DNA from: an uncultured Candidatus Rokubacteria bacterium
GTDB taxonomy: Bacteria; Methylomirabilota; Methylomirabilia; Rokubacteriales; CSP1-6
Assembly (NCBI GenBank): GCA_963721815.1
Contig: CAVRLO010000021.1
Coordinates: forward strand, 96,066 to 160,065
DNA: 64,000 bases
Direction of reading: 5' to 3'
The stretch's first letter is position 1. Every line of letters starts with the position of its first letter. Under the pieces are notes generated by a model, which saw nothing but the letters and a program-made list of their open reading frames with translations, made no database searches and had not been told where the DNA came from. Shown piece after piece: positions 32,112 to 45,268 of the stretch. The translations under genes and the position numbers were made by a program.

Positions 32112-32680
32112 CAGCCCGCCGTCGCGACGCGGCCGAGATATTCGCCGGTTCGAGTATCCACCTTCACGACGTCGCCCTCGTTCAGGAACAGGGGGACCTG
32201 AACGACGGCGCCGGTCTCGAGGGTCGCGGGCTTCGTCCCGCCCTGCGCCGTGTCGCCGCGCACCCCCGGGTCGGTGTGGGCGATTGCCAGCTCGACGAAG
32301 TTGGGCAGCGCGACCGCTATCGGAGCGCCCCCGACGTAGAGCACGTCGACCTCGGCGTTCTCCTGCAGATACTCGCGCGCGTCGCCGATCTCGTCGGCGG
32401 ACAGCGAGACCTGCTCGTACGTCTCCAGGTCCATCAAGTGGTACCGCTCGTCGCGGTAGAGGAACTGCATGTGCTTCTCTTCGAAATCGACGAGCTCCAC
32501 TTTCTCGCCCGATCGGAACGTGTTGTCGATGACCTTGCCGAGCTTCATGTGCTTGAGCTTCGTCCGGACGAATGCACCGCCCTTGCCGGGCTTGACGTGC
32601 TGGAAGTCGACGATCGTGTACGGATGGCCGTCGAAGACGATTCGAAGCCCCTTCTTGAACTCGGCCGTTGACACCTGCAT
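32111..32680 (-). CDS. efp: Translation elongation factor P
   Basis: 189 codons from the ATG at 32680. FKKGLRIVFDGHPYTIVDFQHVKPGKGGAFVRTKLK is a canonical EF-P N-terminus. Confidence 0.95.
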   Translation of the reverse strand: MQVSTAEFKKGLRIVFDGHPYTIVDFQHVKPGKGGAFVRTKLKHMKLGKVIDNTFRSGEKVELVDFEEKHMQFLYRDERYHLMDLETYEQVSLSADEIGDAREYLQENAEVDVLYVGGAPIAVALPNFVELAIAHTDPGVRGDTAQGGTKPATLETGAVVQVPLFLNEGDVVKVDTRTGEYLGRVATAG

Positions 32681-32685
32681 CGCCT

Positions 32686-33315
32686 CTAACCCTTTCGTCG
32701 CTGACGGGCGCGGAGCGCGTTCTCCAGCCGATCGCGCGCTTCTCGATGATCGGGATTTTTTCTCACGATGCGGGTGAACACCTGGGCGGCTTCCTCGACA
32801 CATCCCTGCTCGAGGCAGAGGGCGCCGAAGGTGATCGTCGTGAACGTGTCGTCGACCAGGACCCGGGCCAGGCCCGCGGCCTCGCCCGGCGCCGGCGCGG
32901 CCGCGCGCAGCAGCGCGAGGAGCGCGCGCGACTCCCGGTCGCCCGGATCGAGCGCGACCGCCGCGTCCAGATGGTACACCGCCTCGTCGATGTGGCCGAG
33001 TCGCCGATGGACTTCCGCCGCCAGGCGATGGCACTGGATGTCCCGCGGGCTCACCTCGAGGATGGCGTTGAGCTCGACCAGCGCGGCCGCGAGCTGCTCG
33101 TCGGCCACGAGCGCCTTGGCGAGGATGAGCCGGGCGGTGGTGTAGTGCGGGTAGCGCCCGAGCCCGTCCCGGCAGAGCGCGACCGCGTCGCGCGTCCGTC
33201 CGGCCTTGCGGTAGAGATCCGCGAGCTGTGCGAAGGCGAGGGAGGCGGGTTCCCGCGCCAGCCGCTCTTCCTGCCGGCGGATGGCGCCGCCGAGCGCTGG
33301 ATCGTGGCCGGACAT
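32686..33315 (-). CDS. TPR-repeat protein
   Basis: Intact 209-aa ORF with repeated TPR-like helix pairs (FAQLADLYRKAGRTRDAVALCRDGL, ARLILAKALV, HRLAAEVHRRLGHIDEAV). Confidence 0.65.
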   Translation of the reverse strand: MSGHDPALGGAIRRQEERLAREPASLAFAQLADLYRKAGRTRDAVALCRDGLGRYPHYTTARLILAKALVADEQLAAALVELNAILEVSPRDIQCHRLAAEVHRRLGHIDEAVYHLDAAVALDPGDRESRALLALLRAAAPAPGEAAGLARVLVDDTFTTITFGALCLEQGCVEEAAQVFTRIVRKNPDHREARDRLENALRARQRRKG

Positions 33316-33370
33316 CTCGAGGCGCGTTATACGGAGCGAGCGTCTGCGTTGTCAATTGCGCCTCGGGTCA

Positions 33371-36852
<3,482 letters not shown>

Positions 36853-37308
36853 TTAGTTTGTCGCCAGTCTGAGAACCACGCGGTTTGAAGGGGCGCCGGT
36901 CTTGGGCGCCACCACGAACACCACACTGTCGGAGCCGATCTCCAGCAGGCGGCCATCCCCGAGCGTGTCGCCGGGTTTGAGGATGTACCCGATACCATCC
37001 GGCGCTTCGACCAGCGCGAGCGCGACGCGATTACTGCGGACGATCCCCGTGAGACGAGTCGCTGCCACCGTTAGGCCTCCCGAGCCCTCGCGTACCTCGA
37101 GGGTCTCGAATGGATCGCGGCGCCCCGTTGCCGTCGTACTTCGGCACCGCGACGACGACTTCGGGCGGCACTGCCGGCGCCGCGGCGGCTGCGGGCTGGG
37201 TCGGATGCGGGCGGGCGGCTTCGGCGGAGCGGAGGGAGGTGTGCTCTCGCACGCCCCCAGCATCATGGCCAGCCCGACCGACGTCAGCACCCCCCGGTGT
37301 GCATGCAT
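36853..37308 (-). CDS. pilP: Type IV pilus assembly lipoprotein PilP; two compensating frame breaks in the Pro-rich linker
   Basis: The ATG at 37308 is preceded by AGGTGAGGA. Lipobox VGLAMMLGAC is present. RRDPFETLEV ... LTGIV ... ALVEAPDGIGYILKPGDTLG is a typical PilP core. Confidence 0.65.
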   Translation of the reverse strand: MHAHRGVLTSVGLAMMLGACESTPPSAPPKPPARIRPSPQPPRRRQCRPKSSSRCRSTTATGRRDPFETLEVREGSGGLTVAATRLTGIVRSNRVALALVEAPDGIGYILKPGDTLGDGRLLEIGSDSVVFVVAPKTGAPSNRVVLRLATN

Positions 37309-37319
37309 AGGTCTCGTCC

Positions 37320-37917
37320 TCACCTGTGGCTTCGGCGCCGGCGCCGAGCCGACGGGACGGTACATGTACGTCGCCAGAACCAGCTCGGCGCGGATCGGGC
37401 TTCGCGGCCGGTTGAGGCCGCTCAGCTTGATCTCCGTGACGTTCACGACACGCGCGAGCTTGGCGACACGCTCGAAGAACTCGCCGACCTGGTGGTAGCC
37501 CGCCTCGGCGTTCACCGCGATCGGGATCTCGCTGTAGTAGTCCCGTACCACCGGCGCGCGAGGCTGGAAGAGCGAGACGGCAAGCCCAGACGCCGTCGCG
37601 GCATCGGAAACCGACCGATAGAGGGTCGGGATCTCCTTCTCGCCCGGAAGCCTGTCTTTCAGCGCGTTGAGGCGCGCCTCGAGCTCCGCGACTTCGCGGC
37701 GGTACTTGAGCAGGTCGGCGACGATCGCCTGGCTCCGTGCGATCTCACTCTGGAGCGAGCTCAGCTGCGCGCGAAGCTGGGAGACCTGAGCTTCGGCCGG
37801 CGCCAGCAGGAGGAAGTACGCAGCGGCGGCGATCACGATCGCTCCCATGATGCCGACGACGAGCTTCTGCGACTTGGGGGCGTTGACGATCGGGTCGAAG
37901 AACGGGGGGAGCGCCAT
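37320..37917 (-). CDS. pilO: Type IV pilus assembly protein PilO; as sequenced the frame runs on into pilP
   Basis: N-terminal TM helix, then a coiled coil (QVSQLRAQLSSLQSEI...), then EIPTLYRSVSDAA...EAGYHQVGEFFERVAKL. An out-of-frame TGA at 37320..37322 is the likely true stop. Confidence 0.65.
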
Positions 37918-37918
37918 A

Positions 37919-38486
37919 TCAGCCCTCGAACCGGCAGGTGACTTCGAACGTCACCAGCGGCGATGGCCGGGCCAGATCCCGGCGAGTGACCACGAGGTCG
38001 ACATCTTTGAACTTTCCAGAGGCGCGAAGGTTCGACATGAAGTCGGCGACCGCGGTGGCTGAGAACGCAGATCCGGTGATCTTGATCTGGCCGCCTCGCT
38101 CCTCGAACGCGGTCACCCAGAGATCGTTCGGGAGGACGGTCGCGAAGGCCTCGACGAGCTCGGATCTTCTGCCCCGGCGCCTTGGTGATCGCCTCGATCA
38201 CGTCCACGCGCTTGCGCAGCTCGGTGGCCAGATCGCGAACCTTGCTCTCCTGGCCGATCTGGGCCTTGAGCAGGGCGAGATCCTTCTGCGCGCGATCGAT
38301 GTCGGCGGTGAGGCTCGCCTGCATGCTCGTCAGCCACCACCAGTACACGCCGATCCCGAGCAACAGGGCGAGGTAGACGACGCCGAACAGCCAGCCCAGA
38401 TTGAAGGCCGGCAAGCCCAGCTTGATTCCCTTGAAGCCGACCTTACGCCGCCGACCCCGCTCGGGTGCGAGGTTGATTCTGATCAT
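37919..38486 (-). CDS. pilN: Type IV pilus assembly protein PilN; one frame break near 38170
   Basis: MIRINLAPER plus a TM helix plus a coiled coil. The C-terminus ITGSAFSATAVADFMSNLRASGKFKDVDLV comes from ORF 37919..38116. Confidence 0.75.
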
Positions 38487-39532
38487 TGGGATTTGTCCCC
38501 CGGCCGCCGCAGCGCCAGCCCGACCGCGACCGCGAGAGACGGCCCGGCGGCATGGACTTCGTCCGCGTACCCCGGGTCGATCTCGATGCGCTGGAACGGC
38601 TTGGTCAGCTCGACCGGGATGCCCCAGTTCGACGACAGATAGTCGCTCAGCCCGGGCAGCTGGGCGCAGCCTCCGGCGAGAACGATCTTTCCGATGCGCT
38701 CGGATTCAGCCGTCGACGCGAAATAGTCGAAGGTCCGCTGCACTTCGAGCGACAACTCGCGCGACACCGCTTCCAGAGCCGGCACGACGGTCTCCCAGCG
38801 GACGCCGACGTCGCGGCCGAGCTTGGCCGCTTCGGCTTGCTCGAACGGGATCTTGAGCTGCTGGGCGATGGCCTGCGTGTAGTTGTTGCCGCCGAAGGGG
38901 ATGTCGCGGGCGAAGATCGTCGAGCCGCTGCGCACGACGTTGGTCTTCATGATCGAGGCGCCGATGTCGATGAGCGCGACCGTTTCTCCGCGATCGCTCG
39001 GATAGTTCAGCTCGAACTGATTGCCGAGCGCGAAGCTGTCGACGTCGACGATTGACGGCACGAGGCCTGCCTCCTCGACGACCGCCGCGTACTCGAGCAC
39101 TTTGGATTTCTTGACGGCGACCAGGATGAGGTCGAGGACCCCGTTGTGCTGACCGATGCTCTGGTAGTCGAGGAACACTTCATCGATCGCGAAGGGAACA
39201 TGGTGCTCCGCTTCGAGCTGGACGACGTCGCCGACTTCCTTCGCGGGCACTTCCGGAATCTGCACCTTCTTGATGATCAGCTCGCGGCCGCAGACCGCGA
39301 TCGCGCAGCTCGTGCCCTTGAGTCCGGCCCGGGATACGGCGCTCCGAATCGCCTCCACCACGGTGGTGGGGTCCTTGATGGTGCCGTCGGTGATGGCATC
39401 CGGGGGCAGGGGTGCCACCCCCAGAGAGGTCAGCGTGTGGGACCCGCCCGACTCCTTGACGTGGACCGCCTTCACACCGCTCGACCCGATGTCGAGGCCG
39501 AAGATTTCCGGAGACTTGCGGAAGAACGCCAT
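38483..39532 (-). CDS. pilM: Type IV pilus assembly protein PilM (actin-like ATPase fold)
   Basis: Intact 349-aa ORF with motifs FGLDIGSSGVKAV and DIGASIM. Confidence 0.9.
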   Translation of the reverse strand: MAFFRKSPEIFGLDIGSSGVKAVHVKESGGSHTLTSLGVAPLPPDAITDGTIKDPTTVVEAIRSAVSRAGLKGTSCAIAVCGRELIIKKVQIPEVPAKEVGDVVQLEAEHHVPFAIDEVFLDYQSIGQHNGVLDLILVAVKKSKVLEYAAVVEEAGLVPSIVDVDSFALGNQFELNYPSDRGETVALIDIGASIMKTNVVRSGSTIFARDIPFGGNNYTQAIAQQLKIPFEQAEAAKLGRDVGVRWETVVPALEAVSRELSLEVQRTFDYFASTAESERIGKIVLAGGCAQLPGLSDYLSSNWGIPVELTKPFQRIEIDPGYADEVHAAGPSLAVAVGLALRRPGDKSQ

Positions 39533-39561
39533 ATTAAACGCCTTTCTCCCTGTTGGCTATG

Positions 39562-39595
39562 TAGTATAGGGCGCCGCCCCCCGGGGGGGGCAATA
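39562..39595 (-). promoter_or_regulatory. Candidate sigma-70-type promoter for pilMNOPQ with a C6G8 palindrome in the spacer
   Basis: The minus strand reads TTGCCC-N18-TATACT about 30 nt upstream of the GGGAGAAAGG RBS and the ATG at 39532. Confidence 0.3.
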
Positions 39596-39805
39596 TTTTC
39601 CCATCTACTACATTCGGGGCCTTAGAGACCCCCGGCCCCCAGACCATGGAACGCTTTGAGCCAGCCTCTGAGGCCCCCATCCGGGCCTCGGTCCCTTCCC
39701 CAAAGGGGATGCCGCCATGAATTCGTGACCGCGGGCTCGTCCGGCCCTGTTTTGTGGAGTTCGCCGGGGACGTTTCAATTCCGGGGCACTCGCGTTCCAC
39801 GGCGC

Positions 39806-41149
39806 CTACTGGTCGCTCCAGCTTTGGGTCGTCACGAGCCGGCGATTGAGAGCGTTCTGGACGAGGCCAAGGGCCTCGTTGCTGTATAGAATATGTGGTT
39901 TGCCCGCGACGCCGCCCTCGATCCCCGCCGCGGCGGCCGGATTGAGCTCGTTCACGATCATGGCGCCGTACACGAGCTGGCTGCCGTCGCCTCGGAAGCG
40001 AATGCCGACGTTCCGTCCGGTGGCGACGATGGGGCCGTTCCATCGGAAGTCCTCGCCGATCTCGACGATGCCGTTCTCGACGATCAGAATGCCCGTACCC
40101 GAGCTCGCGCCGGAGAGGGTCAGCGACGGCGAGCGCGCGCCCACGCTGGGCAGGGTGCCGCGAATGTATACGATCTTGGGGCGCGCGGTCGTGCCCCAGC
40201 ACGTCGAGCTCTCGACATCGGACGCGCAGGTCGAGCCGATGTTGCCGAGCGTGAACCCATTGCCGGGTGTGGCACTGATCGTCACGTCGGCCGCCGACTT
40301 CGCGGCGTGAACGAAATCGATGACCGCTTGCGATGTGAGCGCGCCGTCGGCCAAGACGGTATTGGCGCCGCGAACCGTCGCGCTCGGGTCGGTCTCGTCC
40401 TTTCCGCGGACGTCGTGCTGCCCCCCGGCCGTCAGCGCTGTCTCGAGACGGGCGGCGAGGGCTGGAAGGCCCGCATTGACCGCGACGCCGTAGACCGCCG
40501 CCGCCGCGCCCGTTGGCACGCCGGGGCGATCGGCGATCCGCGTGTCACGCCCGTCGATCACGAAGCTGGAGGCACGGACGTTGACGTCCGCCTGCGAGCC
40601 GGGGAACGTGAGGGCGCCGTTGAGCGGGAGCACGGTCTTCGAGACGACGACGGTGATCGTGCGAGTGGTGGTTCCGATGGTGCCCGTGGATGTGACGATG
40701 ACCTTGCAGTTGCCGTCGTGGGTCGCGTCGCCGGCGGCCGCGAGGTCGCAGCTGCCCGGGGCGTTGTCGACCGAGACACCAGTGAGCCGCTCGTCACCCG
40801 GGTTGCAGTCGTTACGGATCCTGACCGTGAACGTCCCGTGCGCGCTGCCGAGCCCGGGAAGCGTCGACTCGGGCCCGCCGAGCACCGCTCCCTGAGCGCA
40901 CGTGGCCTCGGCGAGGTAGTTGTTCCAGGAGCTGACGTTCGAAGCGAGCGTGTCGTACGCGTACTCGATGCCGGCTTCGGCCACGTAGCGTGCGCGCACC
41001 GTTTCGCCGTGATTGCGCGAGATCTGCGGCTCGAAGGCGCTCGCCGAGAGGAACGCCAGAACGAGCCCGGTGAGGGTCAGGAGAATCATCAACGCCATGA
41101 CCAGCGCGACGCCCTGTTCGTTGTCGATGAGCCGGCTGATTCTCCGCAT
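39806..41149 (-). CDS. PilX-N-domain pilus-associated protein (large, Cys-containing, putative tip / minor-pilin partner)
   Basis: Intact 447-aa ORF. The N-terminus NEQGVALVMALMILLTLTGLVLAFL is a PilX_N-type hydrophobic segment without a G|F cleavage motif. Confidence 0.65.
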   Translation of the reverse strand: MRRISRLIDNEQGVALVMALMILLTLTGLVLAFLSASAFEPQISRNHGETVRARYVAEAGIEYAYDTLASNVSSWNNYLAEATCAQGAVLGGPESTLPGLGSAHGTFTVRIRNDCNPGDERLTGVSVDNAPGSCDLAAAGDATHDGNCKVIVTSTGTIGTTTRTITVVVSKTVLPLNGALTFPGSQADVNVRASSFVIDGRDTRIADRPGVPTGAAAAVYGVAVNAGLPALAARLETALTAGGQHDVRGKDETDPSATVRGANTVLADGALTSQAVIDFVHAAKSAADVTISATPGNGFTLGNIGSTCASDVESSTCWGTTARPKIVYIRGTLPSVGARSPSLTLSGASSGTGILIVENGIVEIGEDFRWNGPIVATGRNVGIRFRGDGSQLVYGAMIVNELNPAAAAGIEGGVAGKPHILYSNEALGLVQNALNRRLVTTQSWSDQ

Positions 41150-41183
41150 GACGTGTGCCTCAGTCCTCGCGCCAAGGGGCGCG

Positions 41184-41606
41184 TCAGCTTCGCGTCACGA
41201 GCATCGTGACCACATCCAAGCGCCGCTCCTGATCGAGTTGGCCGCTGCCCGTGACCGGCCTGTAGAAGACGGTCACCTGCACGAGCTTGCAGCGCGCGGC
41301 GCACGCGCCCCCCGGGCTGTTGGTGATCGTCGTCACGCGCCGGTAGAGCGCCGCGTCGGCTATGGAGCCATAGCCTTCCGTCGTGGTGCCGGCGTCCAGG
41401 GTCGCGCTCGTCCAGTTGGAGAGGGCGAGAGACTTGAGCCATTCGACCCGCTGCTCGGCGAGGAAGGCGGCCGTCGTCTCGCCCTTGCCGATCTCGACAC
41501 CGCTGGTGGCGTACTGGAATCCGGTCGCGATCCCGACCAGCCCGACGGCGAGCACCAAGGTCGCCACGAGCACCTCACCCAGGGTGAAGCCCCGCTCGTT
41601 GCGCAT
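41184..41606 (-). CDS. Minor type IV pilin, PilV-like
   Basis: MRNERG|FTLGEVLVATLVLAVGLVG is a prepilin cleavage / methylation motif. 140 aa. Confidence 0.7.
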   Translation of the reverse strand: MRNERGFTLGEVLVATLVLAVGLVGIATGFQYATSGVEIGKGETTAAFLAEQRVEWLKSLALSNWTSATLDAGTTTEGYGSIADAALYRRVTTITNSPGGACAARCKLVQVTVFYRPVTGSGQLDQERRLDVVTMLVTRS

Positions 41607-41614
41607 GCGGCCTC

Positions 41615-42067
41615 TCACCGCACGCTCACGCGGCCGGTGGCGGCCACGACCACGGTCCGCATGCCGGTGCCCACGGCGTGCGTCAGCGCGTAGCTGCCGG
41701 CCGGGCTCGCGGCGCCGAGGCTCGTGAAGACCACGTTCGCCGTCGCGCTGACCTGGAACGCGCCCGAGTCCGAGACCTTGATCGCGCCAGAGCCGTCCGT
41801 GCCGGGTCCGGTCCAGACTGCGCCGCCGCACCCTCCGGTCCTGAGGCGAATGTTCGTCGCCGAGGCAAGCTCGACGCACACCGACGTGTTCCGAGAGATC
41901 GCCAGCTGACGGCCGAGGTTGATCGAGGTGGCGAGATCGCGCGCCGCCGCCTGGAGCGCCGCCGTCCTCGCATAGCTGGCGAGTGAGGGCGCCACGAGCG
42001 CGGCGAGGACGCCGGCGACCGCGACGATGAGCATGAGCTCCGCCAAGCTGAACCCGCGGGCATTCAT
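41615..42067 (-). CDS. Minor type IV pilin, FimT/GspH-like
   Basis: MNARG|FSLAELMLIVAVAGVLAAL is followed by a GspH-like body. The ATG overlaps the pilD stop (ATGA). Confidence 0.7.
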   Translation of the reverse strand: MNARGFSLAELMLIVAVAGVLAALVAPSLASYARTAALQAAARDLATSINLGRQLAISRNTSVCVELASATNIRLRTGGCGGAVWTGPGTDGSGAIKVSDSGAFQVSATANVVFTSLGAASPAGSYALTHAVGTGMRTVVVAATGRVSVR

Positions 42068-42858
42068 CCGCCGAAGCCGCCCACCCACCAGCCGAACGCT
42101 TGCTCGCCCCAGAACAGAGCCATCACCCCGCCCACGGCAAGGAACGGGCCAAATGGAATGGGGTCCTTCCGGCCTCGCACGCCCGTGGCCAGGAGCACGG
42201 CCCCGATCGCGCCCCCCAGCACGATCGCGACGAACAGGGCGAACAGCAGCGCCTTCCAGCCGAGGAACGCGCCGAGCATCGCGCCGAGCTTCATGTCGCC
42301 ACCACCCATGCCGCCCCGGCTCGCGAGGATGATCACGAGAAACAGGCCGCCGCCGAGAAGGATTCCAATGCCGGAGTCGAGCCAGGAGAGCCGTCCGGTC
42401 GCGAGGTTGATCACCAGCCCGACCGGGATCCCGGGCAAGGTGATCGCATCCGGAATCATCTGGTGCTGCAGATCGATCGCGGTCATGGCGATGAGCGCCG
42501 GGAGCAGCACGCACGCGATCAGGAACCCGGCGGAGGGGCCGAAGGCGGCGTACGAGAGCACCAGGGCGGCCGCGGTGACGGCCTCCACGATCGGATAACG
42601 CCAGGAGATCGGCATTCCGCACGCACGACAACGGGCGCGCAGCGCCACGAACGACACCACGGGAATGTTGTCGTACCACGCCAGTGGTGCACTGCAGCCT
42701 GGGCAGGCCGACCGGGGATGCACGAGGCTGCGCCCGGCCGGGACACGTGCGATCACGACGTTGAGGAAGCTGCCCAGAGCAAGCCCGAAGAGGCCGACAA
42801 CCACGAGTATTCCGGCCGGCCAGGCCTCGTCGACGGCGAGCAACGGCGCCACGCTCAC
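42064..42858 (-). CDS. pilD: Prepilin peptidase / N-methyltransferase PilD (A24 family)
   Basis: Intact from the GTG at 42858. Cys cluster CPGC...CRAC is present, along with catalytic Asp contexts (MTAIDLQHQMIPD, GGMGGGDMKLGAMLG). Confidence 0.85.
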   Translation of the reverse strand: MSVAPLLAVDEAWPAGILVVVGLFGLALGSFLNVVIARVPAGRSLVHPRSACPGCSAPLAWYDNIPVVSFVALRARCRACGMPISWRYPIVEAVTAAALVLSYAAFGPSAGFLIACVLLPALIAMTAIDLQHQMIPDAITLPGIPVGLVINLATGRLSWLDSGIGILLGGGLFLVIILASRGGMGGGDMKLGAMLGAFLGWKALLFALFVAIVLGGAIGAVLLATGVRGRKDPIPFGPFLAVGGVMALFWGEQAFGWWVGGFGG

Positions 42859-44688
42859 CAGGTTTGTAGGAATGCGGGCCCGAAGCGACCGGCGAGCGCG
42901 GGGTCGAGCTGTCCGAGAAGACCCCACGCCTTGTGCGCGGCATCGAAGTGTCCGGTCTGGAGGTGGAGCGCGGGCGAGTCCGTACCACGCCTGCGGCAGG
43001 TCGTACTTGCAGGGTGATCGCCTCGCGGAACAGGCTCCTGGCCCGCGGCCGGTCTCCGAGCTCCCTGTAGGCGAAGCCCAGGCTGAGCGTGAGACATGGA
43101 GTGCCGGGGCTTGAGCTTCAGCGCGCGTTGTAAAGGTTCGAGCGCCTCTCGCGGCCGCTTGTCGTTGACGAGCGCGGCTCCCAGGTTGTTGAGCCCCTCG
43201 ACGTCGTTCGGATATCGCGCGATGAACTGCCTGAAATTGTCGACCGCCGCGGGTGAACTCGCCGAGCATCGCGTGCATGTATCCGATGTGCAAGTGCACC
43301 TTCTTGCTGTCGGGGCGCAGCGCCTGGACGCGCTCGAACTCGTCCTTCGCCACCTGATGGTATCCCTGGTGCAGCAGGTTGACGCCGAGGTTTCCGTGGC
43401 AGATGGAGCAGTCAGGATCGACCTCGATCGCGTATCTCCACAGGTTCTCGGTATCCCGCCAGATCTGGACCTGCTGGGCGCTGAGATAGGCGAGCCCGCC
43501 CAGCCATACGCGCCATCAGCCCGACCAGGGTTTTCGCCAGCGCAGGCCGGAGTACGCCGGCCGCGCTCGCCCGGACGACGGCTCCGGCGGCGGCGCCGAC
43601 GATGAGCGCGAAGCCGATCGTCGGGTAGGTAGCTGTATCGATCGTTGGTCAGCTGGTGCCCGGAGTGGACGATGCCGATCACCGGGCCGAGCGCGATCGC
43701 GTAGTACACCCAGGCCGCGAGCCCCGCGGGCCACCGCCGTCGGAGCAGCACGACCGTCGCGGTGATCGCGGTCACGGCGACAGCTGGCAACAAGAATCGC
43801 CGGTCGAGCAGGCTCACCCGCGCCGGGAGCTCGTAGAGCGGCGAGAGGCCCAGCGGCATGACCGTCTTCTCGAGATAGAACCACAGACTGTAGAAGACCA
43901 TCGCCGGGCGCGCGGTCAGTGGATACCGCTCGAGCGGCGTGATGAACGAGTTCGCGTTCTGCGCGTAGTACGTGACCGCGGCCCCCGCCACGCCCAGCAC
44001 CGCGAACGGAATCTTCTCCAGCCACACGGCACGCGCCGCCGGCCCCACCCAGTCCCGCCAGCGACCGCCGAGCCGGCGGAGCGGGTACACGTCGAGCACG
44101 AGCAGCGCCGGCGGAAGCACCATGACGCTTGCCTTGGAGACGAGCGCCAGGACGTACAGGCCGACCGAGGCCGTGAGAAGCCGGCTGCGGCGCTTTCCGG
44201 TTTCGTCCTGGGCCTTGAGATACATCAGGACGGTCAGCAGGAAGAAGAGGCCGGAAAGCACGTCGCGTCGCTCGGTCGCCCATCCGACCGACTCGGCGCG
44301 GAGCGGATGCAGCGCGAAGAAGAGCGACGCCGTCACGGCCGACAGACGAAGCGAGACCCTCACCGAAGCTGGTCGCCCGCCGAATCACGCGCAGCGCGAC
44401 GAAGTAGAACGCGGGGACGTTGGCGGCGAAGATCACCAGGCTCGTCAGGTGGTATCCGAACGGCTTCATTCCCCAGAGGACGTAGTCGAGACCGAACGTG
44501 AGCCAGGTGAGCGGGATCCAGTGCCCCATCAGGACGCTGCTGAACATCCAGCGAATCTGTGGCCAGGTGAGGCCTCGATAGTCGGGGTTCTCGTAGAGGT
44601 TGACCTGATCGTCCCACTCGACGAACCCGTTCCAGAGTGCCGGCAGGAACACGAGGAACGTGACGACGGCGAGCGCCAGCGGGATCAT
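42855..44688 (-). CDS. TMTC-like protein: N-terminal polytopic GT-C (PMT_2/DUF1736-type) domain plus C-terminal TPR repeats; at least 4 frame breaks
   Basis: LWNGFVEWDDQVNLYENP loop motif, then about 10 TM helices (ORFs 43516..44688 and 42855..44363), then TPR repeats (NLGVNLLHQGYHQVAKDEFERVQALRPD, GLNNLGAALVNDKRPREALEPLQRALKLKP). Its stop overlaps the pilD GTG. Confidence 0.65.
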
Positions 44689-44850
44689 CCATGGGCGCAG
44701 CAGGTGGGCGCTCTGCGAGCGCGGGCGCGCGCCTAGCGTTCGCTCGATCGGTCGTGGGGACGGACCGACGGCGACCTCGACGGTTTCGATCCCCGGACAT
44801 GACGTTCCTCTCAGTGCGCGGCGGCGAATTCAGCGTGTCGACACAAACAA

Positions 44851-44882
44851 GCGCACGGGAAGGGGTGACCCTTCCCGTGCGC
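44851..44882 (-). terminator. Rho-independent terminator downstream of pilA copy 1
   Basis: Perfect 14-bp stem gcgcacgggaaggg / cccttcccgtgcgc with a 4-nt loop. On the minus strand it is followed by TTGTTTGTG. Confidence 0.75.
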
Positions 44883-45268
44883 GGTGGAGCCGTAGATGCG
44901 TTACGGCAGGGCGACGGTGGTGCCGTCACCCGACGCGGAGATCAAGAACGTCCCGCCCGCGCTGTTGGGGCTGTAGGAGTACGGCGTCGTCCAGCCCGTG
45001 GGCGGAGTCGGGATCGTGGCCATGAACGGACCGGCCGTCTGGCCCTGGCCGTTGGTCGCCACCGCCGTGAGGTCGGTGAGCGCCGCGGCGACGTTACCCA
45101 TGTGAGCGCTGTAGATCGAGACCGCCGAGGCGAGGGCCCGGGCGTCGGCCTGGGCCTTGGCAATCCGCGCGCGCGCCTGCACGTTGGCGTAGAGCGGGAT
45201 GGCGATGGCCGCCAGGATGCCGATGATCGCGACGACGATCATCAGCTCGATGAGGGTGAAGCCTCGCT
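44851..45268 (-). repeat. Tandem duplication unit 1 (mature pilin coding part plus terminator)
   Basis: Near-identical to 45539..45956, at an offset of 688 bp. Confidence 0.85.
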
